A DNA stretch of 64,000 bases from assembly GCA_050175015.1 (NCBI GenBank), contig JBFXJJ010000008.1:32001-96000 (forward strand), in the 5' to 3' direction. Numbering within the stretch: the stretch's first letter is position 1; the number at the start of each line of letters is the position of its first letter. The notes under the pieces are model-generated. The model was not told where the DNA came from. It did not search any database and worked only from the letters and a program-made list of their open reading frames with translations. This document shows, piece after piece, positions 50,161 to 60,170 of this stretch. This DNA is from Alphaproteobacteria bacterium. GTDB lineage: Bacteria; Pseudomonadota; Alphaproteobacteria; JBFXJJ01. A program made the translations under genes and the position numbers.

Positions 50161-50645
50161 GTTCAGAAAAATATAGTTTAATCACTACAAATGAAATTGT
50201 TTCACTTGTTGAGGCTCATAATTTATTTATTACAACAGGCGGCGCTCAAGGCAATGTTGCATCATTAGTTAAATTGATGCTTGATAATGCTGATTTAGCA
50301 AATCTTAATTTGTCTGAAATAGATATAAATGGCAGTTTGTTTAGAAACTGCCGTTTTATGGCTTGTAATTTTTCAGGAACCCGTTTTTCTGATAATCTTT
50401 TTGAGAAATGCGACTTTCGTAATTCTAATTTAATTAAAGCATCTTTTTATCAAGATAGTTTTCAAGATGCTAATTTCTCTTTTGCTAATTTAAGCCGAGT
50501 TATTTTTGTTAAAGCAGATTTGTCAGGTGCTAACTTTTCTAAATCTAACCTTGTGGGCGCGATTTTTGATAAATGTAACCTTAAAAATGCCGCTTTTGAT
50601 GAAAATAGTAGTGAAATGGCAAAATTTAAAGACTGCGAATACTAA
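50157..50645 (+). CDS. Pentapeptide-repeat protein (possible immunity partner)
   Basis: A(D/N)LxxA-type repeats (ADLANLNLSE, ANFSFANLSR, ADLSGANFSKSNLVGA); ATGA overlap with the upstream gene. Confidence 0.85.
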   Translation: MSSEKYSLITTNEIVSLVEAHNLFITTGGAQGNVASLVKLMLDNADLANLNLSEIDINGSLFRNCRFMACNFSGTRFSDNLFEKCDFRNSNLIKASFYQDSFQDANFSFANLSRVIFVKADLSGANFSKSNLVGAIFDKCNLKNAAFDENSSEMAKFKDCEY

Positions 50646-50669
50646 GCTTTTGTTTATAAGAGTTTTATT

Positions 50670-51095
50670 TTGCCGCAATCCATAAGATTGACGCATCAGT
50701 TTCAATCCACGCCTCTGCACGAGGGGCGACATGTTAAAAGCGAATGGGTTTTCCCCTCAAGCGATAATGTTAAACATCTTGTCGGGCTTCCCAGAACATT
50801 TAAAAGCATTTGTTCTATGCAAGATGTAGAGACTAGCGAACCATTTTTAACCAAAGAAATTACGCTTCATACTTTAAGACATAGTTTTGCAAGCGTTGCG
50901 GCTGATATGGGATTTACCGAATTAACTATTGCGGGGCTTTTAGGTCATAGCTTGGGCGGGGTTACTAACCGTTATAGTCATAATGTTGATTCAAGTCTGA
51001 TAAATGCGGCAGATAAAATTTCTTTGCGGATAGAAAATGCTCTAAACGGCAAAATGGAAGAAGAAAACAAAATTATAGAATTTAAACGGGGCTAA
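50670..51095 (+). pseudogene. C-terminal fragment of a tyrosine integrase
   Basis: EWVFPS, LHTLRHSFAS, LLGHS, RYSH present; N-terminal domains and first catalytic Arg missing. Confidence 0.8.
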
Positions 51096-51258
51096 TTATG
51101 GAAGATACAAAACGCAAAGAAGTGCCAGTATTAAAACAAGTCAAAGGCTATAATTCTGGTATAAGCATGTGAATAAAATAAATTTTTGTTAACTTTTTGT
51201 TCCCGTTATGTTATATATTGGTTCTAATTTGAATTTTTTTAATATAGGAGAAAAAATT

Positions 51259-52053
51259 ATGGCTACGGAAGGAGGAATTCTTCAAGAATTTTTATGGTCT
51301 TTAGATTGGTTTAAAGACAATCAAGAAAAAATAGATTGTATGTCTAAACAAGGTCAATTCGGAGGTATCTTTGATGGGTGTACAGAAAAATATGACCCCA
51401 ATAAAGAAGATAAAGAGGAGAACCCATCAAATGAAAACGAAAGTAATTCAGAAGATAAATCCAGCAATTTTATGAATAAGAACTATTCTCAAAAAATAGC
51501 AAGTATTATGCCTGAGGTTAGAAAAGAATTTTATAAGAACGTTGATAAGGGTTCTAAGATTTTATCAAAAAATCCTGTCGAAATGACTAAAGAAGAAATG
51601 ATGAAAGCAAAAGCATTCGTTTATGATAATGCTTATCATCCTAAAAAAGATGCTTTGAATCAGCATTTAGAAAATTATTTTAAAGTTCGTTATCCTGGAG
51701 AAGCTGAATATGATGCCACAGGTCGCATGATAGACCCTCAATCTGTTATTCCAGAACCAACTGTTACAGCTAAATACAAAGATATAAATGGCAGATTAAT
51801 TGATGAAGGGCTTGATAATATCCTTATTAAAACAGCTCTTAGTTCTAAATCTGGTAATGGTGCAAAAAATCTCCAAAAAGCTGTTAATTCATTACAAGGC
51901 TTTAATGTTTTAAAAGAAGATAACAATTTAGGTAAAAAAACAGCAACAGCAGTATTTGATGCAATTAGAGAGCATGGAGCCGATAAACTAGCAAGAGCTT
52001 TTGACTTAACGAACAAAGATAATGATGATAAATTTGATTTAAGATATATTTAA
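51259..52053 (+). CDS. Hypothetical protein with C-terminal peptidoglycan-binding-like motif
   Basis: AKNLQKAVN...LKEDNNLGKKTATAV; AGGAG RBS before MATEGG. Confidence 0.5.
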   Translation: MATEGGILQEFLWSLDWFKDNQEKIDCMSKQGQFGGIFDGCTEKYDPNKEDKEENPSNENESNSEDKSSNFMNKNYSQKIASIMPEVRKEFYKNVDKGSKILSKNPVEMTKEEMMKAKAFVYDNAYHPKKDALNQHLENYFKVRYPGEAEYDATGRMIDPQSVIPEPTVTAKYKDINGRLIDEGLDNILIKTALSSKSGNGAKNLQKAVNSLQGFNVLKEDNNLGKKTATAVFDAIREHGADKLARAFDLTNKDNDDKFDLRYI

Positions 52054-52098
52054 AAACTCTTATGCTCATTAATTAGGTATTGACTTTTGGAGATAGGT

Positions 52099-53031
52099 AT
52101 GTGGCAAAAAATAAAGGATAATCTTTTAACGATAGCTGTTTCAGCGTATTCTTTGCTTTGGAGTTATTTAATAATAGGGTCTTGTATATATTATAAAATA
52201 TATGAGATAAACCCTAATTTAGCCCAAAAAAATATTAGTGGAAATTGGAATGAGGTTATATTTGAATCTGTTATATTTATAATATTATCTTTTTTTCTTA
52301 TTTTTGCACTTATAAAGAAACATAAAAAAAAGATTTTAAAAACATTATCTTATTTTCTTGTACCATTAATCTTTGTTATCAATATTGCCGTTATCATACT
52401 TTTAATAAACGGTCATGTTGCATTTTATGTAACATATGGCTCTAATGAGCAAATAAAACAAATACTTGCAAAATACAATCCTAATTTTCCCAATTTAGTC
52501 TTAGGTGGCAATGTGTTACACGTCACTACTAAGTTCGGAAAAGATAAGGAAATTATTGAATTTTTAATAAATAAAGGAGCTAAAGTTAATAAAGTTGACT
52601 ATTTTGGTAATATTCCTCTTTCTTACGCTGTTACAGAAACGTCTCCTGATGTTGTAGAACTATTAGTGAAAAACGGAGCTGATGTTAACTATCAAGTTAA
52701 AAAACTTAATAATTATTCTCCTTTAATGGAAGCTATTGTTTTAAATAATAAAATAAATGATAAAGAAAAAATTGTAGAACTCCTAATAAAAGCAGAAGCT
52801 AATATAAATCTCCAATCTAGTCGTGATGGTAGAAAAGTTTTAGATTATGCAACAATCTTGCATAGCAAAAATAAAGATGAAATAACTTTAAGAACAATTG
52901 AATTATTATTAGAAGCTGGAGCAAACCCATTTTTAAAACAGGATGAAAAGGCTTTATCTCAATATGAAGTAGCTAAAAATTTTAAAAATACAGAACTAAT
53001 AGAGCTTTTTGAAAAGTATAAAAAAGATTAA
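52099..53031 (+). CDS. Membrane-anchored ankyrin-repeat protein
   Basis: Three N-terminal TM segments; LINKGAKVN, LVKNGADVN, LIKAEANIN, LLEAGANP repeats. Confidence 0.85.
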   Translation: MWQKIKDNLLTIAVSAYSLLWSYLIIGSCIYYKIYEINPNLAQKNISGNWNEVIFESVIFIILSFFLIFALIKKHKKKILKTLSYFLVPLIFVINIAVIILLINGHVAFYVTYGSNEQIKQILAKYNPNFPNLVLGGNVLHVTTKFGKDKEIIEFLINKGAKVNKVDYFGNIPLSYAVTETSPDVVELLVKNGADVNYQVKKLNNYSPLMEAIVLNNKINDKEKIVELLIKAEANINLQSSRDGRKVLDYATILHSKNKDEITLRTIELLLEAGANPFLKQDEKALSQYEVAKNFKNTELIELFEKYKKD

Positions 53032-53084
53032 TCTAGAAGACATTATCAGTAAAAAAAAAGCTTATAAATTTTACTCTTAGTCTC

Positions 53085-53130
53085 GTGTCGCCTTTAGACA
53101 ACTTTTTCTATTGTCGTTTTAATGCGACAA
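53085..53130. promoter_or_regulatory. Tandem palindromic operators upstream of hipB-like gene
   Basis: TTGTCG-ttttaatg-CGACAA (53111-53130) and related TGTCG-cctttA-GACAA (53086-53101). Confidence 0.55.
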
Positions 53131-53168
53131 TGTTATAATGTCGTTATAATGTGACATTTGAGGTTAAA

Positions 53169-53459
53169 ATGATTGTTGATAGTCTTAAAGATTTAGGTGC
53201 GTTTGTTCGTGAAAACAGAAAAGCTAAAAACTTAACTCAAGATATGCTTGCTAAAAAAATTGGTGTTGGTCGGCAATGGGTTAGCAGTTTTGAAAACGGC
53301 AAAGCTAATCCTGATTTTAATCTCCTGATTAGAACTTTAAAAATTCTTGATATAAAGCTTTCAATTCAAAACGAAAATCCTATCACTGCCCCAAAATTAA
53401 AAAACAATATTAATCTTGATGATTTAATCAATAATTTTAAAGAAGATGCCAATGACTAA
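53169..53459 (+). CDS. hipB: HipB-like XRE antitoxin/regulator
   Basis: DLGAFVRENRKAKNLTQ..LA..IGVGRQWVSSFENGK. Confidence 0.8.
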   Translation: MIVDSLKDLGAFVRENRKAKNLTQDMLAKKIGVGRQWVSSFENGKANPDFNLLIRTLKILDIKLSIQNENPITAPKLKNNINLDDLINNFKEDAND

Positions 53460-53736
53460 AGAGCTTTTTTTAATTGCCTCAAATCAAATTATGGGGCGGA
53501 TTGTGCAAGATAAGCAGGGCAATCTAAAGCTTATCTATGAAGATGCTTGGCGTAGTAGTGATGCCTCTTATCCCTTGTCAACCTCTATGCCTCTTTCTGC
53601 TAAGGAGCATGGTAATAATATAGTTAGTCCTTGGCTGACAAACTTACTTCCTGACAATGAAACAATCATAGCTAAATGGGCTAGTAGATTTCAGGTTTCG
53701 CCTCGCAACGCTTTTGCCTTGCTTTGTGTCCTGTGA
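53446..53736 (+). pseudogene. hipA: Truncated HipA toxin (N-terminal domain only)
   Basis: YEDAW...YPLSTSMPL...WLTNLLPDN...FALL then stop; no kinase domain follows. Confidence 0.75.
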
Positions 53737-54131
53737 TTGCCATTATTTCACGTTTTGTGCAGCCTGCGTTTGCAGGCATTTTTGTAGCTGTTTTTCTTAA
53801 TCCGTGCAGCGTCAATAAAACGCTTTAATTTGAGACCTCCTCTTTTTCATAAGGTATCATTTTCTTTTTATTTATAGGTTTATTATGCCTATTTTGCATT
53901 AATCCTAAAATTCTTGATTTAGTTTCTTTGTTTTTTGCCTTTACATAACCATTTTTAGTATGTTCAAAATTTTTAATCAGAATCACCGTAAAACTAAAAT
54001 AGTTATAAAATGCTGCTATCTGCCAACAAATAATAACGTTACTACTTTAAGATAACAAATATTAACAAAACATCTTTTTACAAAATAATGTTTTGTTGTT
54101 ATTTTATTAAAGGTTTATTTTAGGATTTTCA

Positions 54132-55373
54132 ATGGTTGATAATATAAATATTAGCAAATTTAAGGCTAAAGGCAAGACTAGAACATATCAATCTGGAGCT
54201 AAAAAAGTATTCTCTGCCCTAAAAGATGAACAAGAAAGGGAAGAATTATTAAAAATCCTAAAAGCAAAAGGAGGTCCTTTTGAAAAAAAGTATCCAGAAT
54301 CCACAAAATCTCCAAATGAGACTGAAAGAATTCTATGCAAAGCAATAGATACTGACTTATTGCTTTACGATACTCAACTATATAATGCCTTATTAAGCAA
54401 ATCATTAAGAAATGTAATATATGAAATTATTGATACCGTTGGCGTAGAAAACCTGAAAATTGTTTTTGATGACAAAGTTTTTAAAAGATTCCCTAAAGAC
54501 CATAACAGGGAAACAGGCAATATTGCGATCTTTAGCCATAAGGATAATGCTATTGTAGTCCCTCGTATTGTCTCAAAATATAAAGATGACGAAAACGCTG
54601 AAAGCTATCAAAACAGAATATTTGAAGCTAAAAAGGGAATTGGCAAAGACTCAGATATAAATACTTACATAGAAGTTATGCCCACGACATTTGCTCACGA
54701 ATTTCGCCATTTTTGGCAGGCAAAAAAACAAAATATCGCAAGGAAACGAGGCGACAGTATAAAATCCATCATCATCAGAGATAGAGCTATTGAAGCCGAT
54801 GCCTCGACTTTTTCTGCCTTAGCAATGTGGGAGCTTAAAGAAAAGAACAATCTTCCTTTTTTTGATAATTACAAAAAATCATCTGACGGTGATATTTTTG
54901 AGGCTTTTGAGAAAACCGCTAAAAATGGAGATATTCTTTCCGCAACACAGCAAGCTTTTGTTTCTTGGTATGAATCCACAAGAGTAAGCATAGTTGACAA
55001 TAATATCAGTGGTAGTGATTTTAGAAAAAACACTTACGAAAATAATATTGTCAAAAATATAAAGGTAGATATGTTTAAGGATAAATACACTTTTGATTAT
55101 GGTATTGATATTTCTAATCTTTTAAAAAAGCTATCAATCAATAATAAATTATATTTGTCTGATATGAATTCTTTCCTGTTAAAAAAAGAAAATATAGGCA
55201 TAAAAGCTGAAACAGCAAAAGAAATTGAAGCTATTTTTTCTGGAAAACTTGATTATAAAACGGCTCAAATATTACATGAACAGTTAAATGAAATTAACAA
55301 TAGAGGAAATATTTCAACAAATCAAAAACCAAAAGAAAATATCCTGAATTTTGTAAAGATTAAATCAAGGTAA
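54132..55373 (+). CDS. Putative zinc metallopeptidase (HExxH)
   Basis: FAHEFRHFWQ and downstream IEADA; basic tail ILNFVKIKSR. Confidence 0.65.
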   Translation: MVDNINISKFKAKGKTRTYQSGAKKVFSALKDEQEREELLKILKAKGGPFEKKYPESTKSPNETERILCKAIDTDLLLYDTQLYNALLSKSLRNVIYEIIDTVGVENLKIVFDDKVFKRFPKDHNRETGNIAIFSHKDNAIVVPRIVSKYKDDENAESYQNRIFEAKKGIGKDSDINTYIEVMPTTFAHEFRHFWQAKKQNIARKRGDSIKSIIIRDRAIEADASTFSALAMWELKEKNNLPFFDNYKKSSDGDIFEAFEKTAKNGDILSATQQAFVSWYESTRVSIVDNNISGSDFRKNTYENNIVKNIKVDMFKDKYTFDYGIDISNLLKKLSINNKLYLSDMNSFLLKKENIGIKAETAKEIEAIFSGKLDYKTAQILHEQLNEINNRGNISTNQKPKENILNFVKIKSR

Positions 55374-55381
55374 AGTGTTTT

Positions 55382-56701
55382 ATGAAAAAAAACATCTTCC
55401 TAATAATTTTGATATTTTTAAACGTTGCTTGCCATAAAAAGCAAACAGATTCTATTTTTCTAGAGTTAAATTACCAACCCGAATGGGATAAAATCCCAAA
55501 TATTTCCAGTATTGAAAAAAACTTTTTAGAAACAACTGGATACAACCTTTTCGAACAAAAAGATTTTTGTCTTTCTTATACTGGTTTTGTTAATAATAAA
55601 ATTAAAACCGATCTAGCTTTAAGATCTAAGTATTGTTCAGAAGCTCTTTTTGAAAACATCTCTTATGAAAATTATGGCAAACCCATGAATTGCAAAAGGA
55701 GCGATTTTGTTAAAACTATAATTGAAGAAGGCTCATCTTGGCTGTTGGATCGAAATTGGTCTGATAAAGTTCGCAATAATTGGTTCTGGGATAGATATAT
55801 TCCTGAAACTCAGACAAACAAATCACTCCTTCTTAGCGGTCTCTTACTCCCTGCTATATCTTCCAATCTTTTTTTGATGCCAGATTTTATCTACCCTAAT
55901 GATGACAATCCTGTATGTTTGGCCTTTGCAGATACTCATGAATTGATACCAATTACTGAAAAAAACTACCAATATGCCAAAACATATTCTCTTATAAAAA
56001 TAATTGAATGGGATACCAATATAGCACAAAACAAAACTTTAACAAATACCTCTGCCTGGAAAGATCGTTTTGTTGAGGTTGATTATAATAACGATGGTGT
56101 AAAAGAATTGATTTATAATGTGTTATTTATTGATGAATATAACATTACAAGCGATATCAGTTATATTAGCACTTACTCTAAAGAAATTAATTCAGTCAAA
56201 GATACTTTAAAACAAAAAAATTTAGATATTAAAGATATTGATGACTTAGATAATTTTGTTGAAAAATTTGAAGGAGTAAAAAGTTTAAATATACCTTGTG
56301 AATCAAAATATTATGATGCTGAAATGAATAACTTTTTTACCAATTCTAATTTTTTTGAATTTGAAAATAAAATTTATATTCTCAAGAAAGATAACATTTA
56401 CTTAATTGAAAAAAACAACTGTCATATTCCTTGTTCTTTTGAACCAAACAATAAACAAAAACTTCCCTATAGCATCATTAAAGCTCTAGCCGCAAGCTCT
56501 CTAACTATTTCCCATGTTCACGAAGATGTTTATTTATACGATGAAAGTTTTAATAATGAAATCAAACAACGAGCTCAAGATGCCGCTCCTTACAGCAAAA
56601 ACAGAGAAATAATTATTCGCCAGATTGAGAACTATCTTAAACAAAAGGTAAAAGAACTCTGCGGAACAGACCTAGATAAACTGTCTGGCTCTGATAAATA
56701 G
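55382..56701 (+). CDS. Hypothetical lipoprotein
   Basis: MKK-hydrophobic-LNVAC lipobox; DYNNDGVKE motif; 8 nt after the peptidase. Confidence 0.7.
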   Translation: MKKNIFLIILIFLNVACHKKQTDSIFLELNYQPEWDKIPNISSIEKNFLETTGYNLFEQKDFCLSYTGFVNNKIKTDLALRSKYCSEALFENISYENYGKPMNCKRSDFVKTIIEEGSSWLLDRNWSDKVRNNWFWDRYIPETQTNKSLLLSGLLLPAISSNLFLMPDFIYPNDDNPVCLAFADTHELIPITEKNYQYAKTYSLIKIIEWDTNIAQNKTLTNTSAWKDRFVEVDYNNDGVKELIYNVLFIDEYNITSDISYISTYSKEINSVKDTLKQKNLDIKDIDDLDNFVEKFEGVKSLNIPCESKYYDAEMNNFFTNSNFFEFENKIYILKKDNIYLIEKNNCHIPCSFEPNNKQKLPYSIIKALAASSLTISHVHEDVYLYDESFNNEIKQRAQDAAPYSKNREIIIRQIENYLKQKVKELCGTDLDKLSGSDK

Positions 56702-56756
56702 TTTCAAGTAAAATCAGATGAATTGCTACTTGTTTTGATGCAGACGGCACATAACA

Positions 56757-56996
56757 TTAAAAATTGAGCCTGATGATGAAAAAATAAAACAATTTTTTAA
56801 AAGTTTTATATTTTCTAAGCCATCTAAATAAAAAAACTAAAAAAGCAGTAATGACAACTGCAAAAATTCCCATATAGATTGTTTGCTTAATATCATTATC
56901 AAGCAACTCTTGATTGGGCATAAAATCATCTGCTCTTGCCATTTTATTTATAAAACATAGTCCTAAAAATAATAAAAAATTAAATATTTTTTTCAT
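56757..56996 (-). CDS. Small membrane protein
   Basis: Signal-like N-terminus and a TM segment; weak support. Confidence 0.4.
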   Translation of the reverse strand: MKKIFNFLLFLGLCFINKMARADDFMPNQELLDNDIKQTIYMGIFAVVITAFLVFLFRWLRKYKTFKKLFYFFIIRLNF

Positions 56997-57024
56997 AAAG
57001 AACCTACTAACATTCTTTAAATCA

Positions 57025-58185
57025 TTATTTACAGTTTAGATATTTAAAGGCAAGGTCGTTTAAGAAAAAGAAGCATTTTTCTAGCTGTTCTAACTCGATA
57101 TATTCATCAGGTTTGTGTGCTTGTTCAATATTTCCTGGTCCTAAGATTATGGTTGGAATTTTAAGCGTTTCATAAAAGAAGCCAGCTTCAGTTCCATAAG
57201 CTACTTTAGAATTTCCTGTGGACTGGGTGTTTTCCTTTGCAAAACTAAAAATATCATTGTCAAAGAAATTATAATTTAATCCAGGGTAGCTAAAAAGTTT
57301 TTCAATTTCTATCGCCGCACAGCCATATTTTGCTTCTCCAGTTCTGGTTAGATTTTTTGCTAATTCGAAAATATGGTTGATATAAGAATTCACATCATCT
57401 TGAGCTATGTGGCGGATTTCAAAATTAAACTCGCATAAATTAGGGACAATGTTTCGAGCCGTTCCGCCTTTTATTGTTCCTGTGTGTATGGTCGAAAAAG
57501 GAATATCAAAATCATTGTCTCTAAAGCCATCTTTTTCTATGGTTTTCTGCATATCTCTAAGCTCATTAATGAAGTCTAGCGCAAGATATATGGCATTTTG
57601 ATATAAGGGAGATAGACTTGAATGCGCCTCTTGTCCTCGGCATAACACTTTAAAAGCAGTATTGCCTTTGTGGGCGGTAACAAGATTCATAGAAGTTGGC
57701 TCTCCGACAATGCAGAATTCAGGTTTTATATCTCGGTTTTTTATCAAATCCAGCATACGGCAAACGCCTAAACAGCCTAGTTCTTCGTCGTATGAAAAAG
57801 CTAAGTGAATAGGTTTTGACAGTTCTTTGTTATGAATCTTTTCTGCTAAAGCAAGACAGCAGGCGATAAAGCCTTTCATATCAGCTGTGCCTCTGCCGAA
57901 TAACTTCTTTTCTTTTGTGGTAAGAGTGTAAGGATTGCTGTGCCATATTTGGTTAGCCGTAGGAACAATATCGGTATGACCAGATAAAACAATGCCGCCC
58001 TGATTGCTCTTGCCTATCGTTGCAAAGATATTGGCTTTATCTTTTTTGTCATTGTATATAACTTCATTTTTGATATTCAAGGTAGTCAAAAAAGTTTTGA
58101 TATATTCTATAAGTTCAAGGTTGCTATTGCTGCTTGTTGTGTCAAAAGCTATTAGTTTTGTAAGAATTTCTAAGGTTCGTTTCAT
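57025..58185 (-). CDS. argE: Acetylornithine deacetylase
   Basis: LSGHTDIVP, GRGTADMKGF, YDEELGC, VGEPT, YGTEAG, QAHKPDE. Confidence 0.92.
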   Translation of the reverse strand: MKRTLEILTKLIAFDTTSSNSNLELIEYIKTFLTTLNIKNEVIYNDKKDKANIFATIGKSNQGGIVLSGHTDIVPTANQIWHSNPYTLTTKEKKLFGRGTADMKGFIACCLALAEKIHNKELSKPIHLAFSYDEELGCLGVCRMLDLIKNRDIKPEFCIVGEPTSMNLVTAHKGNTAFKVLCRGQEAHSSLSPLYQNAIYLALDFINELRDMQKTIEKDGFRDNDFDIPFSTIHTGTIKGGTARNIVPNLCEFNFEIRHIAQDDVNSYINHIFELAKNLTRTGEAKYGCAAIEIEKLFSYPGLNYNFFDNDIFSFAKENTQSTGNSKVAYGTEAGFFYETLKIPTIILGPGNIEQAHKPDEYIELEQLEKCFFFLNDLAFKYLNCK

Positions 58186-58301
58186 ATTTAAAAAGCCATA
58201 ATAAAAAATTGCAGTTAATTATAAGATTGAATTTATATTTTGAAAATAAATTTTATTTGTTGTTTTTTGTCAAAAAAAAGACTATTTTTATTATTAATAA
58301 T

Positions 58302-59123
58302 ATGATGGAGAAGATATTGCAAAAACAACAAAAAGAAGAATTAAACAAGCTTTTTTCAAGTCTTGAAACTGTTGTCAGCGAAGAAGAGAAGCTTATTGTT
58401 AAAAAGCTTTTAGCAAGATTTCAGGGTTTTTCTGACTGGAGCAAAGACCATTTTGAAAGAGTTGGTTGTATGGCTGAGGCTTTTGCCAAGCATCTTGGTG
58501 CAAGCGAAAATGCAGCCAAAAATTTGGGATTAGCTGCAACTCTTCACGATGTTGGTAAAATCAATATACCAAAAGAGATTATCAATACTAAAGTGCCTTT
58601 AGGCAAAGAAGCCTTTGATAAATTTTTTAAACCTCACGCGGCTGACAGCATAAAAATATTAGAAAAAGAGTTTGCGAACAAGAATACCGCATTTGCAAAA
58701 GTTGTTATAGCTATGAGCGCTGATCATCACGAAAAGTGCAATGGTTCTGGTTATCCCTTAGGTAAAAAGGAACAAGACATATCTATAGAAGGGCAGATAG
58801 CTTCTTTATGTGATGTTTTTGATGCGATGAATTATTCCAGACCATATCAAAAAGGACATTCTCAAGGCGATATTTTATGTCGTATGATTGACCCTGAGAA
58901 TACTAATTTTACGGGTGCTTTTAATTCTGATTTATTGAATAAATTTGTTGCATTTAGAATTTCTGAATATGAAAAAGATAAGAGTAAAGAAGATTTTCCA
59001 GAAAGACTTAAAATGTCAGAGGAAGAACGCACTAAAATAGGAAAATATATCGCCGATAGTATTAAGAAAGCTATTAGCCATAGCACCGTTTTGGAAGTTG
59101 CTTTGGCAAAACGGGTTCGCTAA
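58302..59123 (+). CDS. HD-GYP domain phosphodiesterase
   Basis: LHDVGK, HHEKCNGSGYPLG, DVFDAM..SRPY; start taken at MMEKIL. Confidence 0.88.
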   Translation: MMEKILQKQQKEELNKLFSSLETVVSEEEKLIVKKLLARFQGFSDWSKDHFERVGCMAEAFAKHLGASENAAKNLGLAATLHDVGKINIPKEIINTKVPLGKEAFDKFFKPHAADSIKILEKEFANKNTAFAKVVIAMSADHHEKCNGSGYPLGKKEQDISIEGQIASLCDVFDAMNYSRPYQKGHSQGDILCRMIDPENTNFTGAFNSDLLNKFVAFRISEYEKDKSKEDFPERLKMSEEERTKIGKYIADSIKKAISHSTVLEVALAKRVR

Positions 59124-59175
59124 AAGATTTAGATATGTTTTAAAGTTATTTGTTATATTTTTTTGGTTTTTGATA

Positions 59176-60138
59176 ATGGGCAAAGAAGCAAAAAAAGAAG
59201 TAAATCTAATAATTTCGGATATAGATAATACTATTGCCGATTTTTTTGATACGTGGAGCAAAAGCTTTGCCGCAGCGGTTGCAATGCTGTCTGCTAGTCG
59301 TGGAATATCAGAACAAGATATTTATGAAGATATTAAGCAGAATACGCCGCCAACGTTTCGTTTTAGCCCTAATGTAAGCGGTTTGATAAAAAATACTCCT
59401 ATTCTTCAGCCTAAGAATGAGGAAGAGCAGAAGCGCTTTTTAAAAGATGATGCAAAAATTATTCATAAGATTAATAAAATGAGAGCCCGCGGAGATAAAG
59501 CCTATACGGGCGTTATTGCCACTTTAAAAAAAGCAAAAAAGCAAGGGGCAAAGGTGGTTCTTTATACCGATTCTCCACTTAAGACAGCGGTCGGAAGACT
59601 TGCTAATATGGATTTTCCTGTTGAACTTTTAGATGGGTTATATACTAGAAAAGATGATGGTTCTTATGAGCCGCCATTGTTTGCTAAGGGAAAATTTGCT
59701 TCTTATTGGTCGTTGTTAGAAAAAAGTTTGGGATCAAATATTGTAGAACATAAAGACCGCAAACCTAATCTAGATGTTATGAACTGCATTATGAAAAGTG
59801 TTGGTGTTTCTAACCCTAAACGTGTGGTAATGGTTGGCGACAGTATTAAGTCTGATGGGGGCAGCGGCATTGGTGCAGGCTGCGAATTTGCTTGGGCGAA
59901 ATATGGCGCTAAATCGTCAGAAAACACCCGCCAAGTTTATCAAAAGATCAATGATAAAGGACACGTTAAATTTGGGATAGAAGCTAATCTTGAACAAATT
60001 AATGATGGAAACAGACCAAGTGTTGTTTTAGAAAATGGTTTTATGGAACTATCTAAACATTATAGTTTTGTATCTCCTGATAACAACAAAGAATTAAATA
60101 AGTCTTTGTTGTTACAAAAGGCTTCTAGCGGCAGATAA
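59176..60138 (+). CDS. HAD-superfamily hydrolase
   Basis: DIDNT motif I, KP motif III, VMVGDS..SD motif IV; start taken at MGKEAK. Confidence 0.85.
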   Translation: MGKEAKKEVNLIISDIDNTIADFFDTWSKSFAAAVAMLSASRGISEQDIYEDIKQNTPPTFRFSPNVSGLIKNTPILQPKNEEEQKRFLKDDAKIIHKINKMRARGDKAYTGVIATLKKAKKQGAKVVLYTDSPLKTAVGRLANMDFPVELLDGLYTRKDDGSYEPPLFAKGKFASYWSLLEKSLGSNIVEHKDRKPNLDVMNCIMKSVGVSNPKRVVMVGDSIKSDGGSGIGAGCEFAWAKYGAKSSENTRQVYQKINDKGHVKFGIEANLEQINDGNRPSVVLENGFMELSKHYSFVSPDNNKELNKSLLLQKASSGR

Positions 60139-60170
60139 AGCGGCGTTAAAATTTTTTAAGGACATTAATA

